Of a DNA stretch of 64,000 bases, positions 44,763-55,700 are shown one piece after another. How positions within the stretch are numbered: the first letter of the stretch is position 1; every line of letters starts with the position of its first letter. Location of the stretch: positions 124,001 through 188,000 of the IMG/VR virus record IMGVR_UViG_3300021057_000274; one strand, written 5' to 3'. Below the pieces are notes generated by a model. The model was not told the DNA's origin and searched no databases. It saw only the letters and a program-made list of their open reading frames with translations. Position numbers and translations under genes: made by a program.

Positions 44763-44981
44763 TTACCTCCTCGCTGCGGTGGTCAACGCCTTGATCTCGT
44801 GGTTCAGAGCTCTAGGCTCAACTAGCGCTTGACCGAGGTCATACTCGTCGATCACGCCACCGGTGACGCCGCTGAAGACGAACGTGCCCTTGTTGCCGTT
44901 CTTCACGATCTCCACCAGGCGGAAGCTCTTCACCTTCAGGTACGCGGCTAACACGATGTCGGTCGTTTCGAAGTTTTTCAT
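44763..44981 (-). CDS. Small DUF5659-like protein
   Basis: ETTDIVLAAYL...FVF pattern; late promoter 5 nt upstream. Confidence 0.55.
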   Translation of the reverse strand: MKNFETTDIVLAAYLKVKSFRLVEIVKNGNKGTFVFSGVTGGVIDEYDLGQALVEPRALNHEIKALTTAARR

Positions 44982-44986
44982 GAAGC

Positions 44987-44992
44987 TATTTA
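44987..44992 (-). promoter_or_regulatory. Late promoter core TAAATA, 5 nt before ATG
   Basis: Direct reading. Confidence 0.65.
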
Positions 44993-45001
44993 GCTCTTAT
45001 T

Positions 45002-45571
45002 TCAGCTCGCCGAGATCGTTAGAGTGTAGGTGATGAGGAACGCTCGGTTTGCGGTCTTCTCGATCGGCGAGAAGATCAAGTGGGAGAGGAGAAGATCGTC
45101 CTCGGTCTTAAGCCCGATCTCGTCAAAGACGAAGATGCCCTCAGGATCCGTAGTGATGTTGTCAGCGACCTCCTGGCCTGGCGGCTCGTTCGAGTTGAGC
45201 TGCGCGATCACGGTAACGATCGTCGAGATCGAGGGGCTGGGCGCAGCGACGGAGACGACGGAGTTGGTGGCTGGGGTCGACGGATCCTGATCATCGACCT
45301 GTACCTCCCAGGTCTCGTTGTAAAGCGTCGCCGAGCCGATCGTGTTCGGGGACCTGAAGATCAAGGTCTGGCTAGAGTTGAAAAAGGTCCCCCCGTTACC
45401 GAAGGCCATCTTGAAGACAGGGCCGTTCGAGTCACGAGCCAGAGAGCGTCCGATCGCACGCCCCAAGTTTTGCGGGTGCACGGCGTTGCGCTTCTCCATG
45501 ATCAGCTCACCGGTAACTCGGTCAGTGATCCTGCAGTGACCGATGAACTTGAACCTTCCGTTGTCTCTCAT
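45002..45571 (-). CDS. Virion structural protein (baseplate/tail)
   Basis: GHCRI...NAV..., MAFGNGG, FDEIGL pattern; lies in the tail operon. Confidence 0.65.
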   Translation of the reverse strand: MRDNGRFKFIGHCRITDRVTGELIMEKRNAVHPQNLGRAIGRSLARDSNGPVFKMAFGNGGTFFNSSQTLIFRSPNTIGSATLYNETWEVQVDDQDPSTPATNSVVSVAAPSPSISTIVTVIAQLNSNEPPGQEVADNITTDPEGIFVFDEIGLKTEDDLLLSHLIFSPIEKTANRAFLITYTLTISAS

Positions 45572-45783
45572 GGCTTGAACTCTCCCGGATCCATCTCAGT
45601 GACGACTCCGTTGTCTACGATGCGAATCTTTTCCGGCGTCTGCGTCTCAACCGCTCGGATCTGCGCTTGCCCTTGCCGTTGGATCTTGGTGACCAGCTCA
45701 AACACCTCACCGAACGGACGGAACGACAGCGCGTGAATCAGGTAGTTGACTTCCTTCTCTTCCAGGTCTAGTTTGATCTTCAT
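45568..45783 (-). CDS. Hypothetical protein (71 aa)
   Basis: ATGA coupling. Confidence 0.6.
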   Translation of the reverse strand: MKIKLDLEEKEVNYLIHALSFRPFGEVFELVTKIQRQGQAQIRAVETQTPEKIRIVDNGVVTEMDPGEFKP

Positions 45784-45798
45784 CTCAGCTCTCTATGG

Positions 45799-46488
45799 TT
45801 ATGGTCCAGCATCTCTCCACGAGCCGCCGCTGTAGAAATACAGCTTGTGGTTCGTCGAGTCGATCACGATCGGAAGGGTGCCGGTGTAGGCCGTCGGAGT
45901 GCCCGAGGGAGTGCCGGCGCAAGTCGGGACGTACGTGAAGCCTGTCGTCGCGTTGGTGGCTAGCGCGCTCCCTGAAGCGTTGAGGACGACGCTGCCGTTG
46001 CTCTTGATCGAGAAGCGATCGGTCAGGTTGCCTGCCGGGACACGAAGCGAGAAGACGAGCGATCCGCCCAAGCCGTTCAGCGCGTTCGTGATGGTGTCGG
46101 CCTTGACCGACATCGTGAAGTTGTTGACGTATCCACCGGTCGCCCCGACGTAGCCGAGAGCGTTGATCTGGAGAACGTTGTCGTCGTCGGTAATCGCCGT
46201 GTCGTCAAGGAGACCGCCGCGGGCCTTGAAGAAGTTGATGAGCGCCGCGTCTGCGTCCGTCGAGTACCTGATGAAGTTCATCCCGCGGTTCGCAGACGCG
46301 CTGATGAAGTTCATCTGGCGCGCCGAGAAGCCGATCTTGTTCGGAAGCGAGTCGTTTCCGACGTTCACCTGTTGAGTCGTCGTCAGGGTAACTCCGTCCC
46401 AATCAAACGCCTCAAAGACGAGGCTATCGACGTCGTTGAGCCAATCCTTGGTGGCGACGGTACCAGACTTAAAGTCGATCGTAGGCAT
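45799..46488 (-). CDS. Short tail-fibre-like structural protein
   Basis: Beta-rich; C-terminal KLYFYSGGSW; late promoter 4 nt upstream. Confidence 0.6.
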   Translation of the reverse strand: MPTIDFKSGTVATKDWLNDVDSLVFEAFDWDGVTLTTTQQVNVGNDSLPNKIGFSARQMNFISASANRGMNFIRYSTDADAALINFFKARGGLLDDTAITDDDNVLQINALGYVGATGGYVNNFTMSVKADTITNALNGLGGSLVFSLRVPAGNLTDRFSIKSNGSVVLNASGSALATNATTGFTYVPTCAGTPSGTPTAYTGTLPIVIDSTNHKLYFYSGGSWRDAGP

Positions 46489-46492
46489 GAAC

Positions 46493-46498
46493 TATTTA
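46493..46498 (-). promoter_or_regulatory. Late promoter core TAAATA, 4 nt before ATG
   Basis: Direct reading. Confidence 0.65.
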
Positions 46499-49400
46499 CT
46501 CTGTGGTGACTAGCGCGGGATCAACGTTGTCGACGATCGCGTAATCGGCTTGCATGTAATCGGCCTGCATCAGAGAGCCGGTTTGTACGAACTTCTCGCT
46601 CTCGTAGGCCCACTCACCGACGCGCTCCTGGATGATCTCAGCGGCCGGGCTTCCGCTCGTGTTGACCGTCCAAGTGGTTCCTGTCTTCTGAGAGACTCCA
46701 GAAGCAGCTCCCGGCCGCAGGTCAAGCGCGTTGAAGTTCGCTCCCCACCCGTCGCTCGGCGACGTCGACGCGTTAGTGAGAGAGCCGGTGATGAAAAAAT
46801 CGCCCTCGCGGCCGTGGTTGAGACGATAGTTGGCTGGCGCCTCGCCCTCATCGAGGTGGAGGTGAATCACTGGGGTGCTAAGGTCGGCGATGAGACCCTT
46901 CAGCTTGAACGGGCTGACCGGCTTACCGTCCTCGGTGATCACCTTTCGACGATTAGCCTCAATTCCCCAGTCGTAGTAGACGTTCGGCCAGAAGAGAAGC
47001 TCGCCGATCGCGCCGTTGAAGGTGTTTTGTCCGTCTGAGCGAGCTCCGATCACCCAGTCATTGACGGTGTAGTCGATCGTGTCGTCGGTATAGGTCGTGA
47101 TGAGCGAGAGCTCAGAGTCATCGCCAACGTAGAGCTTGCGCTTAGCGGTGTCGGAGAGGTCAAATGATCCCATGATGCACAGCCAGGCCGCGCCAGAGTT
47201 GTACGTCGCTGGCGTTGATACGTTGAGGATCACGGTGCCCGCGGTGTTAAAGGCTCGCACGGTCCATCTGCTTGACGCGTAAGACAACTGGAGTCCCTTC
47301 GGGGTTGAGCTACCCGGGGTGTCAGCCGCTGAGAAGACGTTCTGTTGAGTGCCAGGCCCGATGAGCGAACCGTCAAGTCTCACCCAAGCCACGAAGGTAC
47401 CGAGCTTAGAGTCGACCGATCCCGGGATCGGGTCGTTCGACTTCATGTACACGGTTCCGTCAAAGTCAGCACCATCCATCAGGTAGATCTCGTCCTCGTC
47501 GCTGATCGACCCTCTGACATCTACCTGGTAGACCTTCCCGGCAAGCTTGTCGGTGTTCACGTGAGAGACCCCGATCGCGACTCGAGCCGTGCTCTTGTAG
47601 ATGCTAGAGTTAATCGCGCCGAGCGTTGGGCTTCCGATCAGGTCCCAGAGTGACCCGTCCTCTGACTTGTAGAACTTGAGAGTTCCGCCCACTCCGCTCG
47701 CGTCGTTCTCTAGCGATACCCGCACCCAGTGAGTCGAGTTGTTGGCGAAGCTCAACAGATCGCTCGTGAACGAGTGCTCCGCGACGTTGTCTGGCGACCA
47801 CTTAAAGCCGATCCTGCCGGTAGTGGTGATGTACATCTTGTACGAGAGCTGGCCCGTCTCATACTTGCTGATGATCGTTTGATCGGTTCCAGGAGTCCAG
47901 TCATCTAGCTTCAAGTGAGCTGAGATTTGGATGTCACCCGTGACGTCGTGGCGACGACCAGTCGGTGACGTGACGTGGTTGCCGTCCGTGCCAGGAAGGA
48001 GCAGGTGGTGGAAGTTCTTGGTCGGGGAGTAGAGACCTTGAACTTCGATCTCCTCCTCAGCTTGCAAGATCTGCACGATGCTGAGAAAGTCGGTCGCCGT
48101 CACGCTGACGTGGGGATTGTACTGAGCGTTCTGCTCGATCCTCAGCTCGACGTACGTGTTCTTCTTCGGGATGTTGTCTAGGACGAAGGTGTAGTACTCT
48201 CCGTGCTCGTTGACCGCCTTCTTGATCTTCCCGAACTGGATCAGCTGCATCGGAGCGTGGTTGCTGGGCACCGGATCCGTCAAGACGCCGTGTTGGGTCT
48301 TCAGGTCGAGATTGACGAGAAAGTCAGAGACGTCGTGGGCCTGGCCGAGAAGACCAGCGTACGAGCCCGGGTCAGTCAGGAGGTAGTAAGGCGTCCAATC
48401 ACCGTCGATCGTGAACGCGATCTTGCCGTTGTCGAACGGAATCTTGAAGCTCGCGTAGTAGAGCGGGCCGAGAGCCGGCACGGTCTGCTGAACTTGAAAC
48501 TTCCAGGGACCGATCGCGGTCACCTCCCAGACGTCGCCGTCGGCCGAGGTGTTGTAGATGTTCCTGACCGTCAAGCTTCCCTTCCGCAGAGACGCGTCGG
48601 CGATCGAGTTGTAGAACGTCACCGTGCTCGTCTCGTCCGACGCGTCAACCACGGTGATCGTGAACCTGTCCGCGTCATCGGTGTCCGGGTTCTCGTCCTC
48701 GTTGTCGTACGAGAGATCGTCGTAGCCTCCCTCGTCGAAGTTTCTCGTGACGCCGAAGTCGAACGGTGAGAGAAAGCGCAAGAAGAGCCGATCGGCCTTG
48801 AAGAGATTGACGTCGATCTTCTTCGCGTCGTAGCCAGAGTTTCCGAGGATGCTGTTCGGGAGAAACTGGATGAACGAGCGCGAGCGATCGACCACGAAGT
48901 CGGTCTGAAACACCGCGGCCACGCCGTCGACGCGTACGCGGCACCCCTGGTGGTGAGGAACGCGATAGCGGCGTGTGTCTTGCCAATAGACCGAGACAGG
49001 CTGGAGCTGACGATAAGCGGCGAAGAGCGAGTAGAACGACGAGTCTAAGCCGCCCGGGACCATCGCGACCTCGTTGTTTGGGATCGTGTAAGTGCCCGTC
49101 AAGCCGTCAACGCTGAAGTTGCTGCCGAGCCTGGTGAACGTCAGGTACTCGGTCTCCCCGACGAAGACCTTGACCGCCGAGTCTTGAAAGCCGAACGCGA
49201 TCGCCTCGGCCGCGTCGATCGTGAAGTGAATCGAGTACTCGTACTCGTAGACCGTGCCGTTCAAGAAGGACTGGGTGATCTCGACGCGCAGGTCCGAGAC
49301 TCTGGCGGCGACCGCGATCTCGTCATCACCGTTGAAGTGAGAGGAGCTCTGGTCACCTGTCCACGTCTGCTCGCTGTCAGGGATGCCGTTCGTGTTCAAG

Positions 49401-49741
49401 TCAGTCAGGTCAGAGGTAGCCGGATCGTGGCCGTGCGGAGTCTGTCCGAAGTTGAGAGAGTCGTTGAGCGAGAAGCGAGGGAAGATCGCCCACGGGATGT
49501 TGAAGGTCAGGTCGCTCGCGTCGCCGGTCATGATCCGAACTAGGCTCTCGCCCCCTCGGTCAGCCGCGTCCCAGATTCCCTGCATCATCACCTCGGTGAA
49601 CTGCTTCTCCTGCACGTTGACGTGGATGAGCTCCTCGTTGAAGAAGAGCTCTGAGGTCAGGTCGTTCAGCTTCGAGTGGTAGGGCTTGACGTCGTTGAAG
49701 TACCCGACCAGCGACTGGAGCAGCTTAGTGTTGTCGGTCAC
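46496..49741 (-). CDS. Large virion protein with two LamG/concanavalin-like domains
   Basis: YFNDVKPYHSKL N-terminus; THWVRVS..IG and WLCIMGS..IGA..FNGAIGEL patterns. Confidence 0.7.
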   Translation of the reverse strand: MTDNTKLLQSLVGYFNDVKPYHSKLNDLTSELFFNEELIHVNVQEKQFTEVMMQGIWDAADRGGESLVRIMTGDASDLTFNIPWAIFPRFSLNDSLNFGQTPHGHDPATSDLTDLNTNGIPDSEQTWTGDQSSSHFNGDDEIAVAARVSDLRVEITQSFLNGTVYEYEYSIHFTIDAAEAIAFGFQDSAVKVFVGETEYLTFTRLGSNFSVDGLTGTYTIPNNEVAMVPGGLDSSFYSLFAAYRQLQPVSVYWQDTRRYRVPHHQGCRVRVDGVAAVFQTDFVVDRSRSFIQFLPNSILGNSGYDAKKIDVNLFKADRLFLRFLSPFDFGVTRNFDEGGYDDLSYDNEDENPDTDDADRFTITVVDASDETSTVTFYNSIADASLRKGSLTVRNIYNTSADGDVWEVTAIGPWKFQVQQTVPALGPLYYASFKIPFDNGKIAFTIDGDWTPYYLLTDPGSYAGLLGQAHDVSDFLVNLDLKTQHGVLTDPVPSNHAPMQLIQFGKIKKAVNEHGEYYTFVLDNIPKKNTYVELRIEQNAQYNPHVSVTATDFLSIVQILQAEEEIEVQGLYSPTKNFHHLLLPGTDGNHVTSPTGRRHDVTGDIQISAHLKLDDWTPGTDQTIISKYETGQLSYKMYITTTGRIGFKWSPDNVAEHSFTSDLLSFANNSTHWVRVSLENDASGVGGTLKFYKSEDGSLWDLIGSPTLGAINSSIYKSTARVAIGVSHVNTDKLAGKVYQVDVRGSISDEDEIYLMDGADFDGTVYMKSNDPIPGSVDSKLGTFVAWVRLDGSLIGPGTQQNVFSAADTPGSSTPKGLQLSYASSRWTVRAFNTAGTVILNVSTPATYNSGAAWLCIMGSFDLSDTAKRKLYVGDDSELSLITTYTDDTIDYTVNDWVIGARSDGQNTFNGAIGELLFWPNVYYDWGIEANRRKVITEDGKPVSPFKLKGLIADLSTPVIHLHLDEGEAPANYRLNHGREGDFFITGSLTNASTSPSDGWGANFNALDLRPGAASGVSQKTGTTWTVNTSGSPAAEIIQERVGEWAYESEKFVQTGSLMQADYMQADYAIVDNVDPALVTTE

Positions 49742-52700
49742 GAGACGATCCTGACGTCGTTGAGCGAGACGTACGACGTCTTGAAGAAGTCCTTGAGCTC
49801 GGGAGTCTTAGCGAGCGAGTCCTCGAGGACCTCAAAGAAGATCTCGCTCAGCTGCTTCGGGTTGGCGAAGCGCCAGAGGTCGGCCATGAGCTTCTTGATC
49901 TCCGCCGTCGTCGACAGATAAGTGTCGAGCTTGTTGATGTCGAACCCCTCGTATGAGATGTAGTGTGGAACCTTGGCTCCGTCGACGAGCCGGGTCACCT
50001 GTGTATTTAAGATCGTGTACTTGACGGTCTCCCTCGCGATCTTCGGGTCAACCATGATCTGCTCTCCGGACAAGCCGTAGCGGATCGATGACTCGTTGCG
50101 CTGGTCATAGATCTCGCGCACGCTGAACGGGAGCGGATCACCGACCTGCGACTCGCCGCAGAGGGAGTCAGTCAAGGTGTCCCAGAGCTTCTTTGGAATT
50201 CGAGTCGGTTGAAACTTCCGTAGCAAGATCCACTCGGTGTGGACGTTCTTGAGCTCAGCCGTCGGGTCGCTCCGCAGAGTTTGGTCAAGCGTCAAGCGGA
50301 GCTTGTACGAGTCGTTCTCCTTGACGTGCCGACGCAGTCCTTGAACCGACAGGATCGCGTATCGGTTCGGGCGGCCGTCAAGCTGGTTGTACCACTTGAG
50401 CCCCTGAGGCACCGCGTAGAGCCCATCGTGGTTGGTCAGCAGCGCCGCGATCTGATTTACCGCGAGCGCCTTGCCGCGCGCCGGGCTGCGCTTCTCCTTG
50501 ACCCAGAAGTAGTAGACGTTGACGCTCAATCCGCTCACCTCATCGCGGCGCAGCTCGCGCACGTGCGGGAAGTCATGCTTGTACTGCACTAGCTTGTACG
50601 GATCCGTGTCGGCGACGTCAGGGTCAAACTCGAGGTCCTCGGTCGTAACCTCAGCCGGAACTAGCTTGAAGGTGATCACGTCACCCTCTGAGGCGATCGC
50701 CTCATCGGTAACTTGTACAAAGGCGTCTACACCGTTCTGGGAAACCGTCCAGTCCGCGTGCCTGATCATCGTACCGTTTAGATATAGGTAACCCCGTTCC
50801 TTTACATCCGCCGCAAGCATGGAAGCGTACGTAAACTTGTCCTCGAGGAAATCGTTCAGCGTGTCGCTGCCGGTGACGAAGTACTTGGCCTCTCTGAAGT
50901 CGTCAACCACCTTCGTCCAGGTCGTCCAGGTGGAGCGATACGGGGTGTAATCGGCGCCTCCAAACCAGGTCCAAGGGTCGGCCATGTGGCTAGAGATGTC
51001 GCTCGCGAGGTCGATCAAGAAGTCGTCGACCTCCACCCACTCTCCCGCGACGGGAGAGTACGGGTTCAAGTTCTTGTTCGTAACCAGGTTCGGGTTTTCG
51101 ATCGGATCATTCCAAGCGATCCACCCGTTAGTGGTCAAGTCGGCGGTGGCGTCCAGGGTAGTGTAGGTTGTCACTCCGTCGACGAACGCGATCGGCGAGA
51201 AGACCGTGACCGTGCTGCGGAGGTAGATGTCGTGGGCCGCGTTGCCGATCGCGGTCGCCATCGTTGACTTCCGCTGCGCCTCGGACGGTACTCCGCCGAT
51301 CGGGGCTGGCCACGTGTCGGCGTGGCCGTACGTGACCGTGTAGAAGATCTTGATCCCGAGCTGGTCGAAGAAGTAAGAGTCCTTGGTGCCGGCCTGGACA
51401 GGCGTGTCATGCACCTCGATGATCTGGTTCTTTCCCGACGGAGCCTGGAGCTTGATGTAGTCGACCCCGCCGTCCGTGAAGTTAGACAGGTTGTAGTCAC
51501 CTAGCTCGCCGTTGAACGCGTAGGTCTGGTCATCGATCTCGAGCGTGAACGTGGTGACGAAGTTAGAGGACGCGAACGTGGGGCCACCCGTGTAGGCCGC
51601 GGCGGTTCCAACCGAGATCGTTGACGACTCCGAGGTGACCTCTGCCATCCCGAAGATGCGGGCGAGGTTCGCGTCGGTCTTCGTCGTCGAAGTGTAGATC
51701 GCGCCTGCGATCTTCGTCCCCCTCACGACGCCGTAATCCTCAAACTTGCCAGCGTTGACGACGAGGGTGCCGTGGCCGTTCGTCAAGAAGGTCTTAAGCT
51801 TGGCTGGCTGATACGCGAGAAACTTGATCACTCCGTCCGTCGGGTTCTTGACCTTCCAAGCGACGACGCGCTGCCACCAGACCCGATCTCTCGTGACCAG
51901 GTAGCTCTGCGCGACCTCACCCTCGGTCTCGCTCCCGTACTCCGCCGGCGGCACCTCAGACCTCACCCACTCGTAGACGTTTACCTTCGAGAAGTCAGCG
52001 AGAGCGCCCCAGTGACGAAGACGATCATTGACGTCCTCGAAGATCTTCGAGTCATGGTACGGCTTCCAGTCTAGGTCGGCGGTGTCCCACCACAGCTTGC
52101 CGACCTGCTTCTCTCCCCAGGTCCTGAGCGGATCGCTGTTTCGGCCCAAGCTCGTTTGGTTGTACTTCGCGGGATCCGCCGCCTGCTCGTAGCTGATCAG
52201 CGAGTGCGCCTCCGGGTGGTGGTGCCCGCGCGCGGGGTCCCACCAGATGATGTCGCTGCGCACGAGATCACCGGTCTTGTAGTTGTAGAGAGCGACGGGT
52301 GAGTATTGCTCGAAGTTCGGCCCGTAAGCAACGACCTTGATGATTCGATTGAGGAGAGCGACGTCGTTGATCTTGATCGTTGAGGCGTTGACGCGCTCGA
52401 ACTTCGCGGTCGAGTACTCAGCTGGATCTGTGGCGGCGACGTAGTCCCCGCGCTCTCGATAGACGCCGCTGCTCTCGGTCTCGTCAGCGAGCTCGACGTT
52501 GATCAGCTCGAAGCAATCAGCTCTCACCGGATTTCCGCTCTTGTCGGTGATCGAGTAGAGCTTGTCGAGAGAGTCGGGAACGATCGTCATCTCAGCGAGG
52601 ACCTTGAGCTGAAACGACGTGAGCGCCTTGAGGTCGTCGTACTTGTGCCACCGTGTCTCGTCGTCAGGGAAGACGATGATCATGTTGGTCGCGTCAAAGA

Positions 52701-55700
52701 GCTCGATCCCCTCGGCCGACGTCAGGTCATAGATCGTGCTGAAGTCGAACAGCGACTCGTCGTACTCCCCCTCGTCGAACCTCTTCATCGCGAACAGCGA
52801 CTCATCCTCCTCGAGGAAGAGGTAGCTCGTGCGCTCACCGGTGCAATCATCCGCCTCGACCCGCAGCTCAGGGAAGAGCCGCTTGCGGGCGTCGCCGTAC
52901 TCAGCGTAGCGGTACGCCCAGTACTCGTCGAGGTTCGCTGTCTCGAACTTGGAGGAGTTGATGAAGGCGTTGAGGGAGAGGTTCGTGCCCTTGTTAGCGA
53001 TCAACCCTTGCCAGAACTTGAACTCGGAGATCTCAGACGTCTCACGATCCTCAAAGTACCTCTTGCGATCGAAGCCGAGGATCGAGCGAGCGCGATCGAT
53101 CTCGGGGCTCGCTGCGACGTTAGGGTCGTAGAGCTTGCTCAACCCGTTGACCGAGCTCTCGATGTTCTTCTTGACCTCATCCCCGACGATGAAGTGACCG
53201 CCGAAGTCGAGCTTTCCGGTGAACGCGGCTTGCCGGCGACCGGAGAAGAGGACCTTCTTGGCCTGCTGCCCGAGGAACGGATCGTAGATCAGCGCCTTGC
53301 CGACCGTGTAGTTCTCGAGGAGGATGACGTGCTCGTACTCGCTCGTGAGCGCGTGGAGAGTGAAGACTGGCTCGTCGAAGACCAATTGCGTGACGTCATC
53401 CTGGCGGAAGACGCGCACCTGGTCGGGCCGGAGCTTCTTCTTGTGCTGAGTGAGGATCGAGCAAACGGTTTCTTGCTCGAGGCCGAGCGCCTCAAAGACG
53501 TTCGAGAGCATCCCGCGCGGCGTCATGAACCACGCCTTGCGGTAGAACGGGTTGAAGAGGAACGATGACCCGGCGTCGACGCCAGAGAACTGCTGCACGA
53601 TGAACTTCTCTGCCAGGAACTGGTAATCGATCGTGCGGTGCCACTGCGGGTCGATGATCGGGTTCTCGACGTCGGTGAATCTCCACCCCTCGTCGTGCAT
53701 CTTGTCGGCGTACCCGAAGATGAAGTTTAGGAAGTTCTGGATGCCGGTGACCAGAAACGGAGTGCGATAATTGACGACCGCTGAGGGGGTCTTGTAGCGC
53801 TTCCACGACATCGAGGCTTGGAGCCCGTCAAGCGCCGTGAAGGTGGTGTGCTCGCCGTTGAGATCGAACTGATACCAAGCGAGACCCGGGCGCTCGCTGT
53901 TGTACGCGTCAACTCGGAAGATCCAGTCCTCTCCGTAAGATCCGGTCGGCCCGATCGCCGGAACAGAGACGTTGTTCGAGAAGACCGTCGCGCCGCGATG
54001 CACCAGCTGAACGCGTAGCGCGTTGATCCACGAGCTAGTGTGAAACTTGTTCTCCTTCAGCCGCACCGCGTAGGCCGGCGTCTCGATCACCTCAGAGCCG
54101 ACGCGCATCTTGAGCGAGTCGGTGTTGATCAAGCCGGCGCAACGATAGCTAAGCTTCGGGGTCCAGCTCTTGAGAAGGGTCGAGTTGAGCGAGATCGCGA
54201 CGTCCTCACCGAAGTTGCGCGAGTACTGCACGTAGATCTGGTTGAGGCCCTCGGCCCTGAAGTACGTCTGTGGGACGACCTCCACGGTCAGCTCGGGCAC
54301 TTCAGCGTCGATCTTGACCTTAAACGTGTCACCCCAGAAGAAGCCGCGCTTCTTCTCCGTCAGCGTTACGTTGATGAACGCGTTAGAATACGTGAAGTTG
54401 GTGATGAATTGAGGAGTGATGATCCCCGTGCCTGTCACCTTGAAGATCCCGTCCTGTCGACTGACGCACGTGAGCACGTACTCCTGGTCGAAGCCCGGGA
54501 GCGAAGTCATCGTCGCCGTGATCCAGGTCGCGTCGATCAGTTCGGTGAGCGGCTCACCGTGGAGAGAGATGTCGACCGGCGCCTTCTTCTTGCCGACGTC
54601 GGCGTAGAACGTGTACTCGCCGAGCGTCTTTTGCTTCGTGCCCCACGTGTGGTAGACGTAGCTGAGAGGATCAAGCTTGAAGAAAACCTTCTGCTCGGAG
54701 TACAGGAAGTCGAGCGTCTTTCGCCAGAAGATCTCGATCGGCCCCATGTCGCCGAAGAAGTACTTGTCAGCGACGCCTGTCGGCGGAACGCTGAGGAGCG
54801 ACTCTGGGTCCGTCGAGTAGGGCGGGAGGAGCTCCGCGGTTGCGGTCTTGACGCTGAACTTTTGCGGCCGTCCCAGCAAGACCAAGCGAGCTCGCAAGAA
54901 GGTAAGCACCTCAAAGTCGGTCCAGAAGATCGGGAGCCACTCGGTAGTTCCGCCCGGGAGAGCACCTGCGCCGACCAGCGCAGCCATCAGCGTCGCCTCG
55001 TCGGCGTATCCCGCGAGGATCCAAGGCTCGAGGTCGGGGCGCGACGTCCCGTAGACGTCGAGGTAGACCTCTTGCCACGCGGCGTGCTGTGACGTCGTGC
55101 CGGGGATCGTTGCAGAGATGTAATTCCAGGTGAACGCGTTTGCCTGGTCGAAGATCGTGCTGTAGACGTCAGGAACGTTGTACTTTGCTCCGAACCTCTC
55201 AAACTCGAGCTTCATGAAGTCAAAGTAGTTTACCGAGGCCCTGAGCGGAGCCGGATCAAACGCTTGAGTCAACGTTGGGCAGTGATCGAAGAGCTCTTGC
55301 TCGATGACTAGCGTCAAGTTTTGCGCGAGGAGGTCGAGCTTGACGAGCGTCCACGGAGCCCCGACTTGAACGACGGAGGAGCCGATCTCGACCCAAGCGC
55401 CGTTGAACTGCCAGAGGACGTTGTTGAGACGATCGTAGGAGTAGTCGCCGTTCTCGGCGTCATCGGGGCGCTCTCCCTGGTCCGAGATGACCCGGTAGAT
55501 GAAGAGCTCCTTCGTCGACGTCTTGTACCAAAACTGCCCGCGGTAGGGACGAGCTGGAAACTCGGTGCCGATCACTCCGGGAGTCTCGTTACCGAAGGTG
55601 CGCTTGAAGCGCTTCGTCACGATCTTCTTGAGCACGTCGTCCGAGGTCGGCAACAGCTTCGACCGGTGGCCGTCGTGGTGGATGAGCATCTCGAGGTTGA

